From positions 1 through 64,000 of the forward strand of contig NW_021833274.1 in assembly GCF_006345805.1 (NCBI RefSeq): a DNA stretch of 64,000 nt. Direction: 5' to 3'. Position 1 is the stretch's first letter. Every line of letters begins with the position of its first letter. Made by a program: the position numbers and the translations under genes. The stretch comes from Octopus sinensis (lineage: Eukaryota). Positions 1 through 13,019 of this stretch are shown here, piece by piece. Below the pieces are notes generated by a model, which saw only the letters and a list, made by a program, of their open reading frames with translations, had not been told where the DNA came from and did no database searches.

Positions 1-359
1 TCGAGAAGCAGCGGATTCGAGAGGTTTCACTGTATTTTATTTTTTGCGAGTTTGTTCGTCCAAAAGTCATGGAAGCAAAAAAGACGATTTTTTATCTTAT
101 CCTTACTTAAAAATTAACGTGTTAGGTAGTGCAGTTAAAAATACTTTGAAATTTAGGCTCTATTTATATTTATCAAATTAATAAAATGTCTCTAAAAAGT
201 GTCTTGGTCAAGTTTAAGCTTGATCTTAAATAGACCATTAGTAACAAATTATAAATAATTTTTTATTTACAACAGTTATGATATCCGATAGTTTTTAATT
301 ACGATAAGATGAAATTAATATAATTTACGTAAAAGGAGAAATCGTCAAAAAAAATCTAG

Positions 360-600
360 CTATTATGTACTGGCTCGCAGGATTGAAAGACAATTCCCGC
401 GTAAAACAGCCAGCGAGATCCTCTGAATAAGGAATATAAATTCCCTCGGATCTCTGGAGCCGTAGGTGCACAGGCGGCCAAGTTTTTTGAGATGAGCAAG
501 CCCCAAAAACACAGGAAGTTTCGACGGCAATTGCCCAAAAGCAAAATCGATCGAGTAAATCCTCATATTTCGTTAGTTTTACGAATTCGGCCTTCTTACG
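360..600 (-). mobile_element. CRE-clade non-LTR retrotransposon 3' fragment (RLE C-terminus); copy 2 at 48274-48514
   Basis: SRDPREFIFLIQRISLAVLRGNCLSIL; closely related at nucleotide level to 42635-42870. Confidence 0.75.
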
Positions 601-2129
601 TAAAGAAATTTAATTAAAATCTAAAATTACATTTATAATTTATTAAATTTGCTTTTTACAATTTATTGAATATTTTGTATAAATAGTACAATTTTTAGTA
701 AAAAATAAAATTTTACATTATTATTTTATCTACAAATCACCAGGTTAGAATAACAAAAAAATCCCCAATTGACTAACTTTAGCACTGTCCAATTATTTAT
801 TACTTTGGAGAAAACATAAGCTTTAAGTCTAAGCTAATAAAACAAAGCGCTCGAAAGGTTTATAGACCAAACGATCAGTTTTAAGAGACAGAAATTTAAA
901 TGTGAAAATAAGAACTTTACAATTCCTGCATCTTTATTAGAAAATATACAGGAAAAAATTCGAATTTTATCTAGCTCTTTTCTCCAATCTTTTTCTCTTT
1001 CAACTTTATCTAAAAGCAACTGACCATAGATGATGATCATTAAGTATTCTAGTAACCGTTTGAGATCGTGCGACAAAATAGGAGACATTTCAAACCATTT
1101 ACAAATTGTTTTATTTGAGAAGACATCATGAATTTCTAGAAATGAGTTTTTCATATCTTTCTAACAATTATTTCTCAACTTTTAGTTTCAGGATATAATT
1201 TATTTGATCTTGACACTCGGGTAAGATGAGGAGTTTTGCCATCTTTCAAAAATTCTCTTTTCTAAGAAATAAATACTTTTGAAAAATTTATTAAAAATAT
1301 GAAATTATACCAATTAACAGCTGCATGCTCCTATACAATTACTTAAACAAACCACAGCAATCGAGATCAACAAAATATTTATTTATGTTATTTATTAAAA
1401 AATATTTTACGCTATATTTTTTGCTAATTCGATTGAATAAGAATTTTTTGTTCTACAATTACGTGTTAATTACGAAATATTTTATATATAAGAAAAAATC
1501 AAAATATGTAAATAGTGTTATCGCATTATTATTTATTATTTTTATTAATTTATGATATTTTACTACGAATTTGGTATAAATATAATTATTTCACATAATA
1601 AACAAAACAAAAACATTTAACAAATTCATAAATTATGAAAAAACACATTTTCACATAAATCATATTGCAAAACCTTAATTTCAAATAACGAATTTTTATC
1701 CTTTTCAAAATTCCACAAAAAACTATATTTATTATCCTTCTCCTTGCAAGAACCATAAACCCACGGTGGATTTTCAAAAAAACAGCATGCACGCAGAAAC
1801 TAATGACTAAACCAAGGCTTTCAAAGTCCACCAAATAAACCCAGATCTCCAAGCTTCTTTCAGTACTGAAACAGTAATTTGCTGTCCTCAACTACCACAG
1901 CACCCTCATTCTTCACATTGAATAAACGCACTTCCAAAAACAATTTAAAATCCGACTCCGCCTACGTGACTATTGGTTGTAGCCTGAAAATTAATAAATA
2001 TCCCACCATTTCCACTTCTATCCATATTGACTCTCTTCTAAAACTCCTTTGATGAAGTTGCAAACTCAATAGGGGTACTTAAATCTGAAAATATAACTAC
2101 ACATTTCTAAAAAGCATTGTGGGACAGGC

Positions 2130-2900
2130 TCGGAAGACCCTCTACAGCATATATGTGAGGACTGTGACCTATCAGTATGGATATTGATTTGGAAAATGTT
2201 ATATCAAGTAAATAATTTTGTGCATCTTCAAAAGTAGCTGTGGCGTATAAAATATGAGCTTCAGTTATTCCGCTAAATCTGTTGTAATTAATTTAAAACA
2301 CCAAAACGTTGTATTGTTATCAATGACTGTATTTTTTGGTTTTACAAAAGAGTCATAAACAATTTTATTAGTATGATAAACAACACTAAGTCTTGCTAAC
2401 TCAATTCCAATAGTTGTGTAAACCTTTAGATAAATTAAACTAAAAAAAGCCATTCTGCAATCCAAGGAATAAATTCCATGCAGATTAAAACCATCAGAAC
2501 AATCACGAGTCTTAAGCTAATTCTTGTTACATCTTAAATTTATTTTGTGAAGATGTTTCTAAACGTAAGTACAAAAAAACATTTGCAGAGCAACTGCATA
2601 CCACCACAACAAGGAAGATATTGCATAGAATGATATTTACATTGGTCACTATCAAAGTTTGTATTATAATGTGTTGAAATTTCAAATGACTCACCGCATC
2701 TATAGCATTTTGTGACATTATCATCTGGAAATATTTTTAATAAAAAACATTCTAAAATCTCCATAGAACTCTTGAAAATCGCAACCCTTGTAGGTGAAAC
2801 ATATGTTGGAAAATCGTTTTCATAGCAATCTTGCGAGGTAAGTTTTTTAATATTCGCGGTGCAGCCAGTGGCGAATCATAATAGTTTTCTCCTTCTATAC
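2130..2900 (-). pseudogene. REXO1: RNA exonuclease 1 homolog (REXO1-like DEDDh exonuclease) remnant; copy 2 at about 50044-50814
   Basis: Pieces LTSQDCYENDFP, CYRCGESF...CKYH...PCCGG, GIYSLDCRM/VYTTIGIELARLSVV...VYDSFVKPKNTVIDNNT and FSGITEAHIL...ILIGHS match REXO1 domain order. Frameshifts, a degraded GC donor, and truncation after GHS. Confidence 0.8.
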
Positions 2901-3344
2901 TTTGAAATAATAAACTTAATAACCAATAATCAAATTATTCCAGATTCCATAATAAAACTGTAAGTTAGAAAATTAAAGACAGCTTATCAAAAATATGAGC
3001 ATAAGTTAGAATAATAGAGTAAGCATAGAAGTCTGTGTATCACTCAACGGCAGCACTAGTCGCATTCTAATGATATCATTATCAGTCGATAATACATTTT
3101 TCGATCTCATGAGCGTGCATCCAGACTATCACATATAATAAGGTTAGGTTAAAAACTCGGAAATTAATTGACCATGCCCAAATTATTTACTCCAAACAGC
3201 CTGTTACTTAAAAAAGTGGCGGTGTGTATTTCAGAAAATCTTTGTGTCTAGATTTGGATGAACATATCGAGCAATATTTTTGCCTATTTTGGGGTATCCA
3301 TAGTCATTGGTTTGGAAAATTGTTTCTGCTCTAATAAAGGCTCC

Positions 3345-3790
3345 ATACTGAAAACATTATTTTTTGAAAATTTTATTCAGATAAGGCAGATCGGCCACGC
3401 CAGTAGTACCTTCCATAGTCATAAATGAGTTACTCCCCTTTTGGAATAAATTCATTAGTAAAAGCGATGATACGTGTCACACCTCCAATAATGACCCACC
3501 GAGAATTCATGTTTGGTAAATCACTACGATTATAAAGTGAATAAATTTTCCCTTGTTTTTTGCGTCGATAATGAATAGAATGCCTTTCTGCCCAGCCATA
3601 TCTCTCGAAACACGATTGTGCTCATTAAACTGTATTTTTCCACCGAAACACAATCATTATAACATTTCTCCACAAAAAATCTTATGCAATTATTTGTTTT
3701 CACGGATATGGCATCGTATTTTGTGACTCAAACTGGCCAATAACATAATTTCTTCTCTATTCTTCAAAATCCGTGAAACTTGGGACTGAG
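3345..3790 (-). pseudogene. SET-domain methyltransferase remnant; copy 2 at about 51259-51704
   Basis: FIIDAKNKGKFIHFI(-1 frameshift)NRSDLPNMNSRWVIIGGVTRIIAFTNEFIPKGE*LIYDYGRYYWRGR matches the SET signature IDA-x2-GN-x2-RFINHS-x2-PN ... GEEL-x-YDYG. Confidence 0.75.
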
Positions 3791-3926
3791 TTTACAAGCA
3801 TTCGTCTTTTTAACTCCTTCTGACACTTAAACACAATCTATCTGAGGTAATCTAGGTGCTTATTTTATTTAACCCAATTCCCCCTGAAATTGGGAGGAAT
3901 GCAGGACAGACCTCTTAGGGTCACAC

Positions 3927-4021
3927 CATAAGTTAAGGAGCTCTAATTCCTCGGCCACTTTTCTTTTGGACCTATTGTATTAAATAAACCATATTCATTC
4001 ATTCATTCATAAGTTAAGGAG
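3927..4021 (+). mobile_element. 67-bp 5'-truncated LINE insertion with (ATTC)n tail and 14-bp TSD
   Basis: CATAAGTTAAGGAG at 3927-3940 and 4008-4021 flanks an insert ending AATAAACCATATTCATTCATTCATT. Confidence 0.8.
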
Positions 4022-4039
4022 GGAGTTAATCTTATATGA

Positions 4040-4340
4040 TCTTCTTATAGCGCTTTTTGCAATCCAGGAGGACGTGCGTTACTGTGTATCCTCCGTCATG
4101 GCAAATTAGGCAGTACGGATCAACATCCTTATCCAGTTTGTTTTGATAGTCAAAGAGTAAAGGATGATGGTCACAGTGAAATCTAGCGAGTTCGACCCGA
4201 TTATTGTGACTGAAATCTTTTTCAGCTGAGTTTATTTTTTAGGGGGGATAGTTGAGGATATTGTATTCGGTTAATACATTCAATAATGATTTTGTTATTA
4301 ATTCTTTTATTTCCGATGGTTTTTTATTAGAGAATAAAGT
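4040..4340 (-). mobile_element. LINE ORF2 C-terminal CCHC-domain fragment (related fragment at about 16560-16800, minus)
   Basis: ILNYPPKKINSAEKDF...RVELARF...DPYCLICHDGGYTVTHVLLDC; the homolog reads ILNNPPSKINTAEKDL. Confidence 0.6.
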
Positions 4341-4819
4341 TAGGATACGTTGCCAGTGCCTGTCAGGAATTCGAAAAAAAGAGCCAACCTCTCCTACCTG
4401 AATCACTGCAAATAAACATACTTATTTAAGTTTTTGAAGTTTTTTTGTAGTTTATTTTTGACACAAATAGAAATAAAAATTTCCCCAAAAACTAATTTTT
4501 AGTTTTTAGTCAGCAAATTTAAAGCATCGAATACCGTCGTTAGATTTGTTTCCGCCTATCCCAATCACTTTGCCTAAGTTCTCAGCCCCTAGCAGCAGTG
4601 GTGGAATAGACGACTTAAAGCCAATGCATCTTCGTGATCTCTTGTCTTCATTGACCCACGATTCGCTATCTTTCATCATTCGTCTTTGCATGTTGTGTCG
4701 AGACTAATTTCAACCGTCGCTAGAAAGTTTTTTTTTTCTGCAGGGTTTATTGCTTTGATAAACGTGTGGGGCCTAGTAAGTAACGTCTTTAGGAGATTCA
4801 GCCAAAATAATGTCATATA

Positions 4820-7608
4820 CAGTGCTCGTCAAAAAAAATTGCTCAGCCATTTTTTCATGCTTTTATTGACAAATTAATAAAAAATTTAATCTTACGCTTC
4901 ATTTTTTATTCTAATTTTTAAGTATATTAATTTATTTATGCGATTTTATTTCAATATAAGGAATTTAAAGCATAAAAATTTAAATCTCGTGACAAAAAAC
5001 ATTGCTCACTTTTCGTGTTACAGTCCGACCCCAAAATGGGGCAGACCCCAGGGGTGGGGCACCCTCGGATTTTGGGGCACCCCCGCAATTTGGGGCACTT
5101 TATTCCAAAAGTACATTTTGGCAGAAAAAAAATAAAAATCGATAAAAAATTATGGAATTTTTGGGGCACCATAAAATCATTTATAAGGAATTAAAAATAA
5201 AATAAAATTATAATAAATTAATTATTTTTTGTTTTATTTTCAATTTATATTTTTATTGTTGTGGTTATGGATTACGAAACTAAATTGAAGATTGCTAAAG
5301 AAATTTTGAAGAAAAATTTATCTGAGAGGCAACTAATGAAAAAGTACAACACAAGTAAAGGAACAATATCAAGAATAAAACGAAATATTGTACCTTTCTT
5401 GCAACACGGCAATACTATTTCTGAGGAATATGACACATTTAAAGCCGATAAAGATAAATTTGATGATCAAGTCTTTGAAATATTTCAAAGACTACGCGTA
5501 GATAAAATTCCGATTTCAGGCCCTATTTTGAAAAAAATTGCCTTAGTTACAGCTTCAAAAATTGGATTTACTTCTTTTAAAGCTTCCAATGGGTGGCTTG
5601 ATAGATTTAAATTGCGGCATGAACTTCAATTCAAGTCAATATGTGGTGAAAAAGCTTCATGTGATTTATCTTATGTGAAAAATTATTTTGAAAAATATGA
5701 CCAGAAAGTATTAAAATATTTTGCCGAAAAATACAACGCCCTATTTACAACCTTTGGATATGGGAATAATCAAGATTTTTAAAGATTATTATTCCTCTTT
5801 CTTAATGGAATTTTTATGTTTTCAAGATTTCGAAAACGATTTTACACATTCTATTGGTAAATTAAATTTGCGTCAGGTTATGATGCTAATTTCAAAAGGA
5901 TGGGAGAAAATAGATGCTAAAAGTATTGTTAATTGTTGGAAGAAAATCGACAGGAACCGTGATTCTTATGCAACAAAAAACTGTCTAACAGATGAACATT
6001 TAGATCAAGTTGTTAACGAAACAATTGATGGAGAATGCGAAGACATGAACAATAATGTTTATGATACATATTCAGAAACCGAAAATAGTGAAAATGTCGT
6101 AGCAAAAACAAAAGATCTGCTTAACAATTTAGAAGAAAAAATTTCTAATGTTGCACCAAGTATGCTCCGAGATTTTTTTGATTTTCGGCTGAAATTGACG
6201 AACAATATCAGACAAAACTCTACAAATAAAAAGAAAATAACTGAATATTTTAGTAAAAATGTTTTTTGATGTTTATTAATGGTTTAATTTTTAAAAAAAT
6301 AACAAACCCCTGTTTTTGGGGCACCCCCGCATTTTGGGGCACTTGGTGCCCCATTTGGGGGTCGGACTGTATTGCATATGCCACGTTCTCCCAAGAAACA
6401 GTTAACTGAATTTAAAAAAGGCATGATTATTGCGTACTTTAAAGAGGGTAAATCAATCAGAGAAATCTCAAAAATACTTAATTTGCCGTATTCCACAATT
6501 TCATTTAATATCCAAAAATTTCGAGAATTTGGAACACTGCATCGGAGACCGGGCTCAGGACGTCTTCCGAAACTAAGTTCCCCCCAAATACAATTTTTAT
6601 GTAACGAAACCGATTCACATCCTACATTGTTGGCAGTGGATTTGTCCAACAAAACTAAAGAAACTTTCAATATTGATGTTTCCCCTAGGACAATTCTGAG
6701 AACTTTGAATAAAAATGGGGTATATTGTCGTGTAGCAAAAAGAAAGCGATTGCTTTCTCAAAAAATATTATTTCGAGATGGTCTGCGTCACTACGATTTT
6801 TATCGATATCTGATAGTACATGGAAATCGGTGATATTCTCAGATGAGTCAATGTTCGATATTTTTAACAACAGAAAACATCAGGTTGTTTACAGAAAAAA
6901 TAAAACGGAGTTAACAAATGCACATTTGCTGCCGACTGTTAAGTTCGGAGTAGGGAGAGTTATGATTTGGGGCTGTATATCGTATAGTGGTGTAGGCAAT
7001 TTGATTTTTATCGAAGAAACTATGAACTCTGGATATTATATAAATTTACTGTCTAATAATCTGGACTAATCAGCTGAAAAAATGGGCTTATCCTCGTTTA
7101 TTTTTCAACAGGATAATGCTCCATGCCATACATCTCGTATGGTTAAGGCATATTTCGAAACCAAAAAATATATTATTCTTGATTGGCCATCGCAATCACC
7201 GGATCTTAACCCAATAGAGCATATATGGTGCTTTATGAAAAGAGAATTAGCTAAAAATCCTCCGAAAAGTAAAGAGGATCTAAAGACAAATATTATGAAA
7301 ATTTGGCAGTCAATTCCTAAAAGTTTTTTACAAAACTTAGTAAATTCAATGAGAAAAAAGAGTTATTCTTTATTTTTAGCAAGGGGAGGACATATTAATT
7401 ACTGATAATGAGATTTCCAAATTTGTGCTAATGTTTTTTGTCTTGCAATTTTTTGTTTTGTTTAAGTTTGTAAATAAAAAAAAATGTTATTACAAAAATT
7501 AAGGTACAATAATAAAATACTACTTAAAGATGTTTACAAAAAAATAAATCAGAATAATGCTATATAAAGACATAAACATTGGTGAGCAATTTTTTTTGAC
7601 GACCACTG
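4820..7608 (+). mobile_element. Tc1-family (DD34E) transposon with IR/DR-type ends, interrupted by a pogo element; copy 2 at 52744-55532
   Basis: TA-CAGTGCTCGTCAAAAAAAATTGCTCA ... TGAGCAATTTTTTTTGACGACCACTG-TA, with inner repeats at about 4990-5010 and 7420-7445. Transposase 6378-7405 has DESMF, QQDNAP and SPDLNPIE (D34E), one frameshift and one nonsense codon. Confidence 0.93.
5021..6369 (+). mobile_element. pogo/Tigger-like element, internally deleted, nested in the Tc1; copy 2 at 52945-54293
   Basis: TIRs CAGTCCGACCCCAAAATGGGGCA with TA TSD. CENP-B-type HTHs (FKASNGWLDRFKLRH) are joined to the distal DDE_1 part (PKNTTPYLQPLDMGII); most of the catalytic core is missing. Confidence 0.92.
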
Positions 7609-7629
7609 TAAGATGGTTTTGGCTTTGAG

Positions 7630-7990
7630 TTTAGAGTTCTTCCCTTTTCATTATGGCGTCTGTTTTAAAAATGCAGACAAAAATCTTGTGGACGGCACTC
7701 GCCAACTTGCCAACTCAAAACCCAAAAATTCAAGTTTATTGTTATGGTAGACGTTACTAATGCTTTCAATTGTGTTCGACAAAACCATTTGCTCGAAATA
7801 ATCTCTATACGATGCCCAGAGCTCTTACCATTTGTAAAATTAACGTATTCCTCCACAAGTCGTTTTTGATTTATGACCAAATTATCATGTCTGAATGCGA
7901 AGTGACCCACTGGACCCATTGCTGTTTGCCAATTCTGTTGACCATATTGCACACAACATTTGCAGCGATCTATAGTTATTTTGAACTCGT
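7630..7990 (+). mobile_element. CRE-clade reverse transcriptase fragment; copy 2 at +47924
   Basis: PFHYGV...VDVTNAFNCVRQNHLLE...CPELLPFVKLTYS...DPLDPLLFA, frameshifted. Confidence 0.65.
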
Positions 7991-8207
7991 CAATTTCCGA
8001 CCATAGCATAGTAAAAAATTTTTCTTTCACTCTCAAGCCAGGCAGTCTTCCCGGAATGACAATTTCATTTTTTTCAATACTCTTAAACTTAAATCTCTTT
8101 TTTGAAAACTATATTTTGAAATTAAATGATAGGTAAATTAAAAAAGTTGAAAGTAGATTCACACCAATGAAGTCCTTAGTTGACGAATATTCAGTGGGAA
8201 TCGGTAG

Positions 8208-8550
8208 ACAACGGATGTTCTTGAAAGCCACCCCGTCGTTTTGACTGTAAAAGATTTGGGGGCAATTAGACATTTTTTGAGGACAACTATGACGGAGAAG
8301 GATGATGCGACTAAGCGTCAATTAATGCAGGGAATTTTAGAAATCAATCCAAAGTATGACGAATTTTATTATTGAAAGACATCCGATTGTCGTCAGACTA
8401 CATGCGGTAAAGGATAGTGACAAGGAATTGGCAGTCATGTTGGTTAATCAGTTATACGAAAATGCACTAGCTAATGCTGGTTTGTGCGAAGATCCAAAAT
8501 TGTTGGTTCAAAAAATTAATCTTTTGGTTGCTAAATTATTGGAAAAATAA
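8208..8550 (+). pseudogene. TRAP1: C-terminal fragment of mitochondrial HSP90 (TRAP1); copy 2 at 56132-56474
   Basis: LESHPVVLTVKDLGAIRHFLR...QLMQGILEINPK|HPIVVRLH...LVNQLYENALANAGLCEDPKLLVQKINLLVAKLLEK*, with a 25-nt GT-AG intron at 8354-8378. No upstream exons recognisable. Confidence 0.85.
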
Positions 8551-8619
8551 TAATTTTGACTCGTTAATAGTCGTTGATTTCATGTTTTGTTGTTCGAAAA
8601 GATTTATAATTAGAATAAA

Positions 8620-9560
8620 AAATGAAACTTTCCATAATTTTAGTTTTGTTAATGGGATCGGTATTCGGTAGAATTCTTTGAAAAATTATTTAAGATAATG
8701 CCAGAAGTGATTGTTTGATTCGCTGCTAGGTGATATCCATCTTTTTATATATTGGTTAAATGATTGAAATTAAATACTTCCTAAGTACTTTTTGACTTTA
8801 CCTTATACCGAATGACCTCGGTCGATCAAAAAATACTTGATTTTGGATAGTTCACACACTTCATTTAAATATGAGTTTTTAAACTCTGTTCCATTGTTAG
8901 TGTGCTATGTAATTGCCGCCACAATTAAAAAGAAAATCTCCTTTAAGATATTGGAAATTTCAATTGCAGATTTTAATTTGGCAGTCTCAACCACACCAAA
9001 TTTAGAGAAAGAGTCAATAAGTAAGACAATCTTCTATAAATATACACGAAGCCAGACCCATGAGAACGAATTGTTTATTTCCGAGTATGTTCGTAAATCC
9101 ACGAGATGGATATTATATCTGACCTGCTGCGCATAAGCAATTAATGTCTGTGTGTTTGAGAGGTTTAGATGGCATTAACCGTTTAGAATACGAATTAAAT
9201 TACCTAATTTACCTGAAAAAACGCACTGTCCGATAACTTTACAAATTTCTAGTCTTTCTATTCCATATATTTTGAATGATAATAAAGTAAGAAGTATATC
9301 TGTACGAAAATGGTTAGAATTGTACTCAGGCTTAAAATTCTAACCAATACGTTTACCTAAATAGTTTTCATCTTCAATTCAGCTTCATCAGTAGGAAATC
9401 TAAAAGTTTCCCTTTTTCAAAAATAAAAAGTTGAAATATCTTTAAAAAAAACTTTTGATACAAACAGCTCTTTTTGCCAAAGACATGACTAATCTAAAAC
9501 GAAATCTGAAAAATGGTGATGATTTGGATTGCAAAGAACCGTGAATTTAGATGAAAATAG
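8620..9560 (-). mobile_element. Degenerate Ginger-type integrase with micro-introns; copy 2 at +47924
   Basis: HLVDLRTYSEINNSFSW|KIVLLIDSFSKF...HTNNGTEF...FNQYIKRWIS; colinear with the 13896-14832 integrase, with shared intron positions and stop codons. Confidence 0.75.
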
Positions 9561-10539
9561 CGAAATTCATTTTTATCAGTTCGAGTTAATTCATGGCGCA
9601 TGGTCGTTGTCACCTTCTTCTCGTGAAATGAATCTGCATTTATTTTCCGCAAGCCTCATACACATCAACTTCAGTAGTAATAAATGACCTCAGCCTCTAC
9701 TCTTGGCCTCAAACATGCTCTCAATTTTGGCCATTGAAATTCTCACATCAGATGCCATGTCCAACTGGCATCCTTCTAAATATGGTTTTGGCCACATTCA
9801 CTATTTCTCAACTCAATGAGACTTTTCACAGTTAGGGTTCATAAGAATTGTATTATTAAATTCATTTAAAACCAGCATGATTCTTCCACGCACATTTAAA
9901 AACTCAAATTATATATTTATTTATATTATGGAGTTTAGCCTATTAAATGGTAAACCTAAAACATTCACATTGCTTAATTAACTGCGTCAACGAGTCGCAT
10001 GTGTTTTTATTGCAAATATTAATTTTTTATTTATAATTATTTCAATTCAAGGACTTTATGCATATTAATATTTGCTCAGAACCTTCTATGAATTAAAAAA
10101 TTGTTGGTTATGAGTTTGTTTTTCCCAATATTGTGATATGCATTATTTCTTTGTTTAATGAATTCTTTTTAATGACCTAATTCTAAATCCTAATTCTCAA
10201 ATCGATTCTTGATTTGACCTGTTTATAATTTTATTTTTCAGACAATTTAGTAATTTATTTTTAATGTTTTTGAGTGCTATTACTCTAACAACATTTCTTA
10301 ATGATTATTAATGTCTTTTATACTTTTATTGTATGCCGAATTCTTATTTTATTAAATATAACAATTTCTATTATTGGATTTCCTTTTATTTATTTTTTGG
10401 TTGGCTTATCAGTGCTAAGTACAAATAGAGTGATATCGCAGGATAACGCAAGATAAGGCACGATTGTTGTAACTCATATCGTCTTTCCCGTATTATCAAC
10501 GAACTATCTTTTGATTTAAATCCATTGTAAGAAAACTAA

Positions 10540-10950
10540 CTCACCATATGCTTCCTCGGTGATTAATGTTGCCATTTGAGTTTTATCTTTATATATTTTT
10601 CACGTTTTTCAAGAGAGAAAATTTGAAACCCAGCAAAATACAAACAGCGTAGAATTTTGACAATCGGAATGTTACTGTGGATATCATAGATTCTAAGTTT
10701 CCAAATTCAAGATATTCAAAGACCATGAACAAAAAATTCTGATTTTTTTAATATATTAGAACCATTGAGTAAAAATGTGAATGAAGATGCGACAAAAATT
10801 TGTTATGTGACTTTTTCGCTATGGAAAAAATGTAAATCTCGTTTTTTAGCTTCATTCATTGTAATTCGGTGTTTTTCCTGCTCTTCATTCTTGATGGCAT
10901 ATAATTTCTCATCTTTTTTGTATTTATGGAAAGATACCTAAATAAATTAT
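10540..10950 (-). pseudogene. AGC-group Ser/Thr kinase fragment (PKC/PKN-like); copy 2 at about 58461-58871
   Basis: KKDEKLYAIK (subdomain II), LFMVFEYLEFGNL (subdomain V), KFYAVCILLG (subdomain VIa); disrupted. Confidence 0.55.
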
Positions 10951-11003
10951 TATTGTATGTATTTCATACATTTCCGAAGTTTCTCTGCATTTAATCTAAC
11001 ATA

Positions 11004-12238
11004 CAGTGGGCCCAAAAAGTCATGGCACCACTTAATAAATTTTAGTATTTTACGTTTTTACCCATAAAATATGAAGTATTTTGACTTTTAATTATTTTTT
11101 TTGTTTGGGATCGTTGTCGTGTTGAAACGTCCAATTGCTTCTTAGCTTTAATTTATTGATGGACGGAACTAAACAATTTTCCAAAATTTCGACGTACATC
11201 TTGGCATTCAATATTCCATCTATGAAAAATAGTTCACCCACTCCTTGAGACAAAAAACACGCCCAAGACCACGCTAAAAACCGAACAAACGTCACGTGAT
11301 CCCGATGCACTCAACCAGGGACCTCATCCTCGCTCGGTGATCTTTCCACGAGCCCACACAAGATCGCACTGGGCGGCAGGCCGTTTTTGGCGGAGTGTTA
11401 TATTCCTTACTGAACTTTTCGGAATATTGAATTGTCTGGAAATTTGGTTGTAACTTTTTTTTCTTGGTGGGACTTGACGATCATCTGTTTTAGCTCAAAA
11501 GAATATTCCTTCCGATTTCCCATAAAGTAGTGTTAAAAACGGCTGTTTTCGTAATATCAATATTGATAATGCGTTATTAAGTGATAACAAAGCTTTTGTG
11601 AAGAAAACTTAAAAGAAATAATCTGACAGAATGACATTTTCTTATCATATGCACTTAAACTAAAACTGTAGATATAAAAGTGCCAACACTTTTTGACTCT
11701 TCAATAACGCTAAAAATTAAAAAAAGTTGTTTTTTCTTTGTCAATTATCAATGTTTTAAGGATTTAAAATTATTTTCTAAATCAGAATCTTTTTAATTTT
11801 TCAAAAAAAATAATTTATTTAAAAGGTCAATTCCAGAAAAATGTTAACTAAGGTCAATAAGAAGAACTGATGGCGATCCTGTTTCCCCTCACTATTGCTT
11901 GGGACACGTTCTGGAGGAGCCATCTCGTCTCCAGAGGATTGTGTGTTCTCAAGGTCTTGAGACGTCCAATACACTTGAGGAAGCACAACGACTTCTTCCC
12001 AGGGTTTCGACAGCACCTTGATTCCACCATCTGTCAATGGGCAGCCTAATATCTCCAGACTGATACTAGACGTGATGGACGGTCCGGGAATTATCTCACT
12101 GAAAGAGGAAACAATAACCTCGAATTCATCACGACGGAATTAAAAGTCAAAAAAATAATTAAAAGTCAAAATACTTCATATTTTATGGGTAAAATACTAA
12201 AATTTATTAAGTGGTCTCATGACTTTTTGGGCCCACTG
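11004..12238 (-). mobile_element. Tc1-like non-autonomous element with about 90-bp TIRs, containing a CRE fragment; copy 2 at 58925-60159
   Basis: TA-CAGTGGGCCCAAAAAGTCATG ... CATGACTTTTTGGGCCCACTG-TA. Transposase remnant WACFLSQGVGELFFIDGILNAKMYVEILEN...FQHDNDPK. Confidence 0.88.
11830..12135 (-). mobile_element. Internally deleted CRE fragment inside the Tc1-like element
   Basis: SLEILGCPL (RT thumb-region motif) followed within about 150 nt by ETRWLLQNVSQAIVRGN (RLE C-terminus). Confidence 0.6.
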
Positions 12239-13019
12239 TAGTAAAAATCATTTTTTAATATTGATACTTATGGTTTTGTTTTAAGAATTACGATTTAGAA
12301 ATAAGCTAGGTATTTTTTATAAATTGTGGCTAGAGCTTTCTATAAATTGTGGTTTTTTATAAATTGTGGCTAGACTAGATTTCAACTGGATTTAATTAAA
12401 AATAGAATATGACTAAAATCGGTGCATTCTGTTTATTTTGAATTTAAAAATGTTAAATTTATTTATTGTGTCAATAAATTTTTTTCAAAATGAATGTAGT
12501 TATTTGCTGTTTCTATAAAAAAAATTAAGAACCAATTAACTACACAATTAGCTAAACATTTCCTATCAAAGATTTTATAAAACATTTCCTATCAGTCAAT
12601 CTTCAAAAATATAGAAATTCAAAATCATAAAAATTCATGAAATAATAAAATTTATCTCAAAGAAAAGAACCTTTGTCCTTACAAATGACTTTAGCTGGCT
12701 TTTTGATCAAAAACACTTACCTACAAACCATTGCTCTTTTATGATAAAATTCAAGAACACAGCTCTGCGTAATTTCATTACAATTAAAAAAAAAAATTTC
12801 GAAAAACTTTATGATCGAATTCGCAAACACAGCAGGTGAATATAGTCAAACCCATCTAAATTGATTCCTTCCAGGATCCATAGAATTGTCCGGTATAGAG
12901 GGGATGCCTGTATATTGAAAAAGTTATTAAATTTACTTAAAACGAAAAAATGAAACAGTATAATTGATAGATATCTGTCTATAAGAATTTCCTCAAAATT
13001 TAGCTTTGATTCAATATGT

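Noticed and set aside
834-1260. 106-aa minus-strand ORF with possible upstream exon
   Set aside because: Could be a host-gene fragment, but I recognise no family motif; left uncalled.
1586-2100. Coding-like minus-strand stretch downstream of the REXO1 remnant
   Set aside because: No recognisable domain and stops in all plausible splice models.
6284-6670. Antisense or overlapping ORFs in TEs (also 22836-23351, 25184-25654, 36387-37093, 37471-37746)
   Set aside because: Shadow frames of GC-richer transposon coding sequence.
12310-12385. Three copies of TATAAATTGTGG
   Set aside because: Short local slippage repeat with no supportable function.
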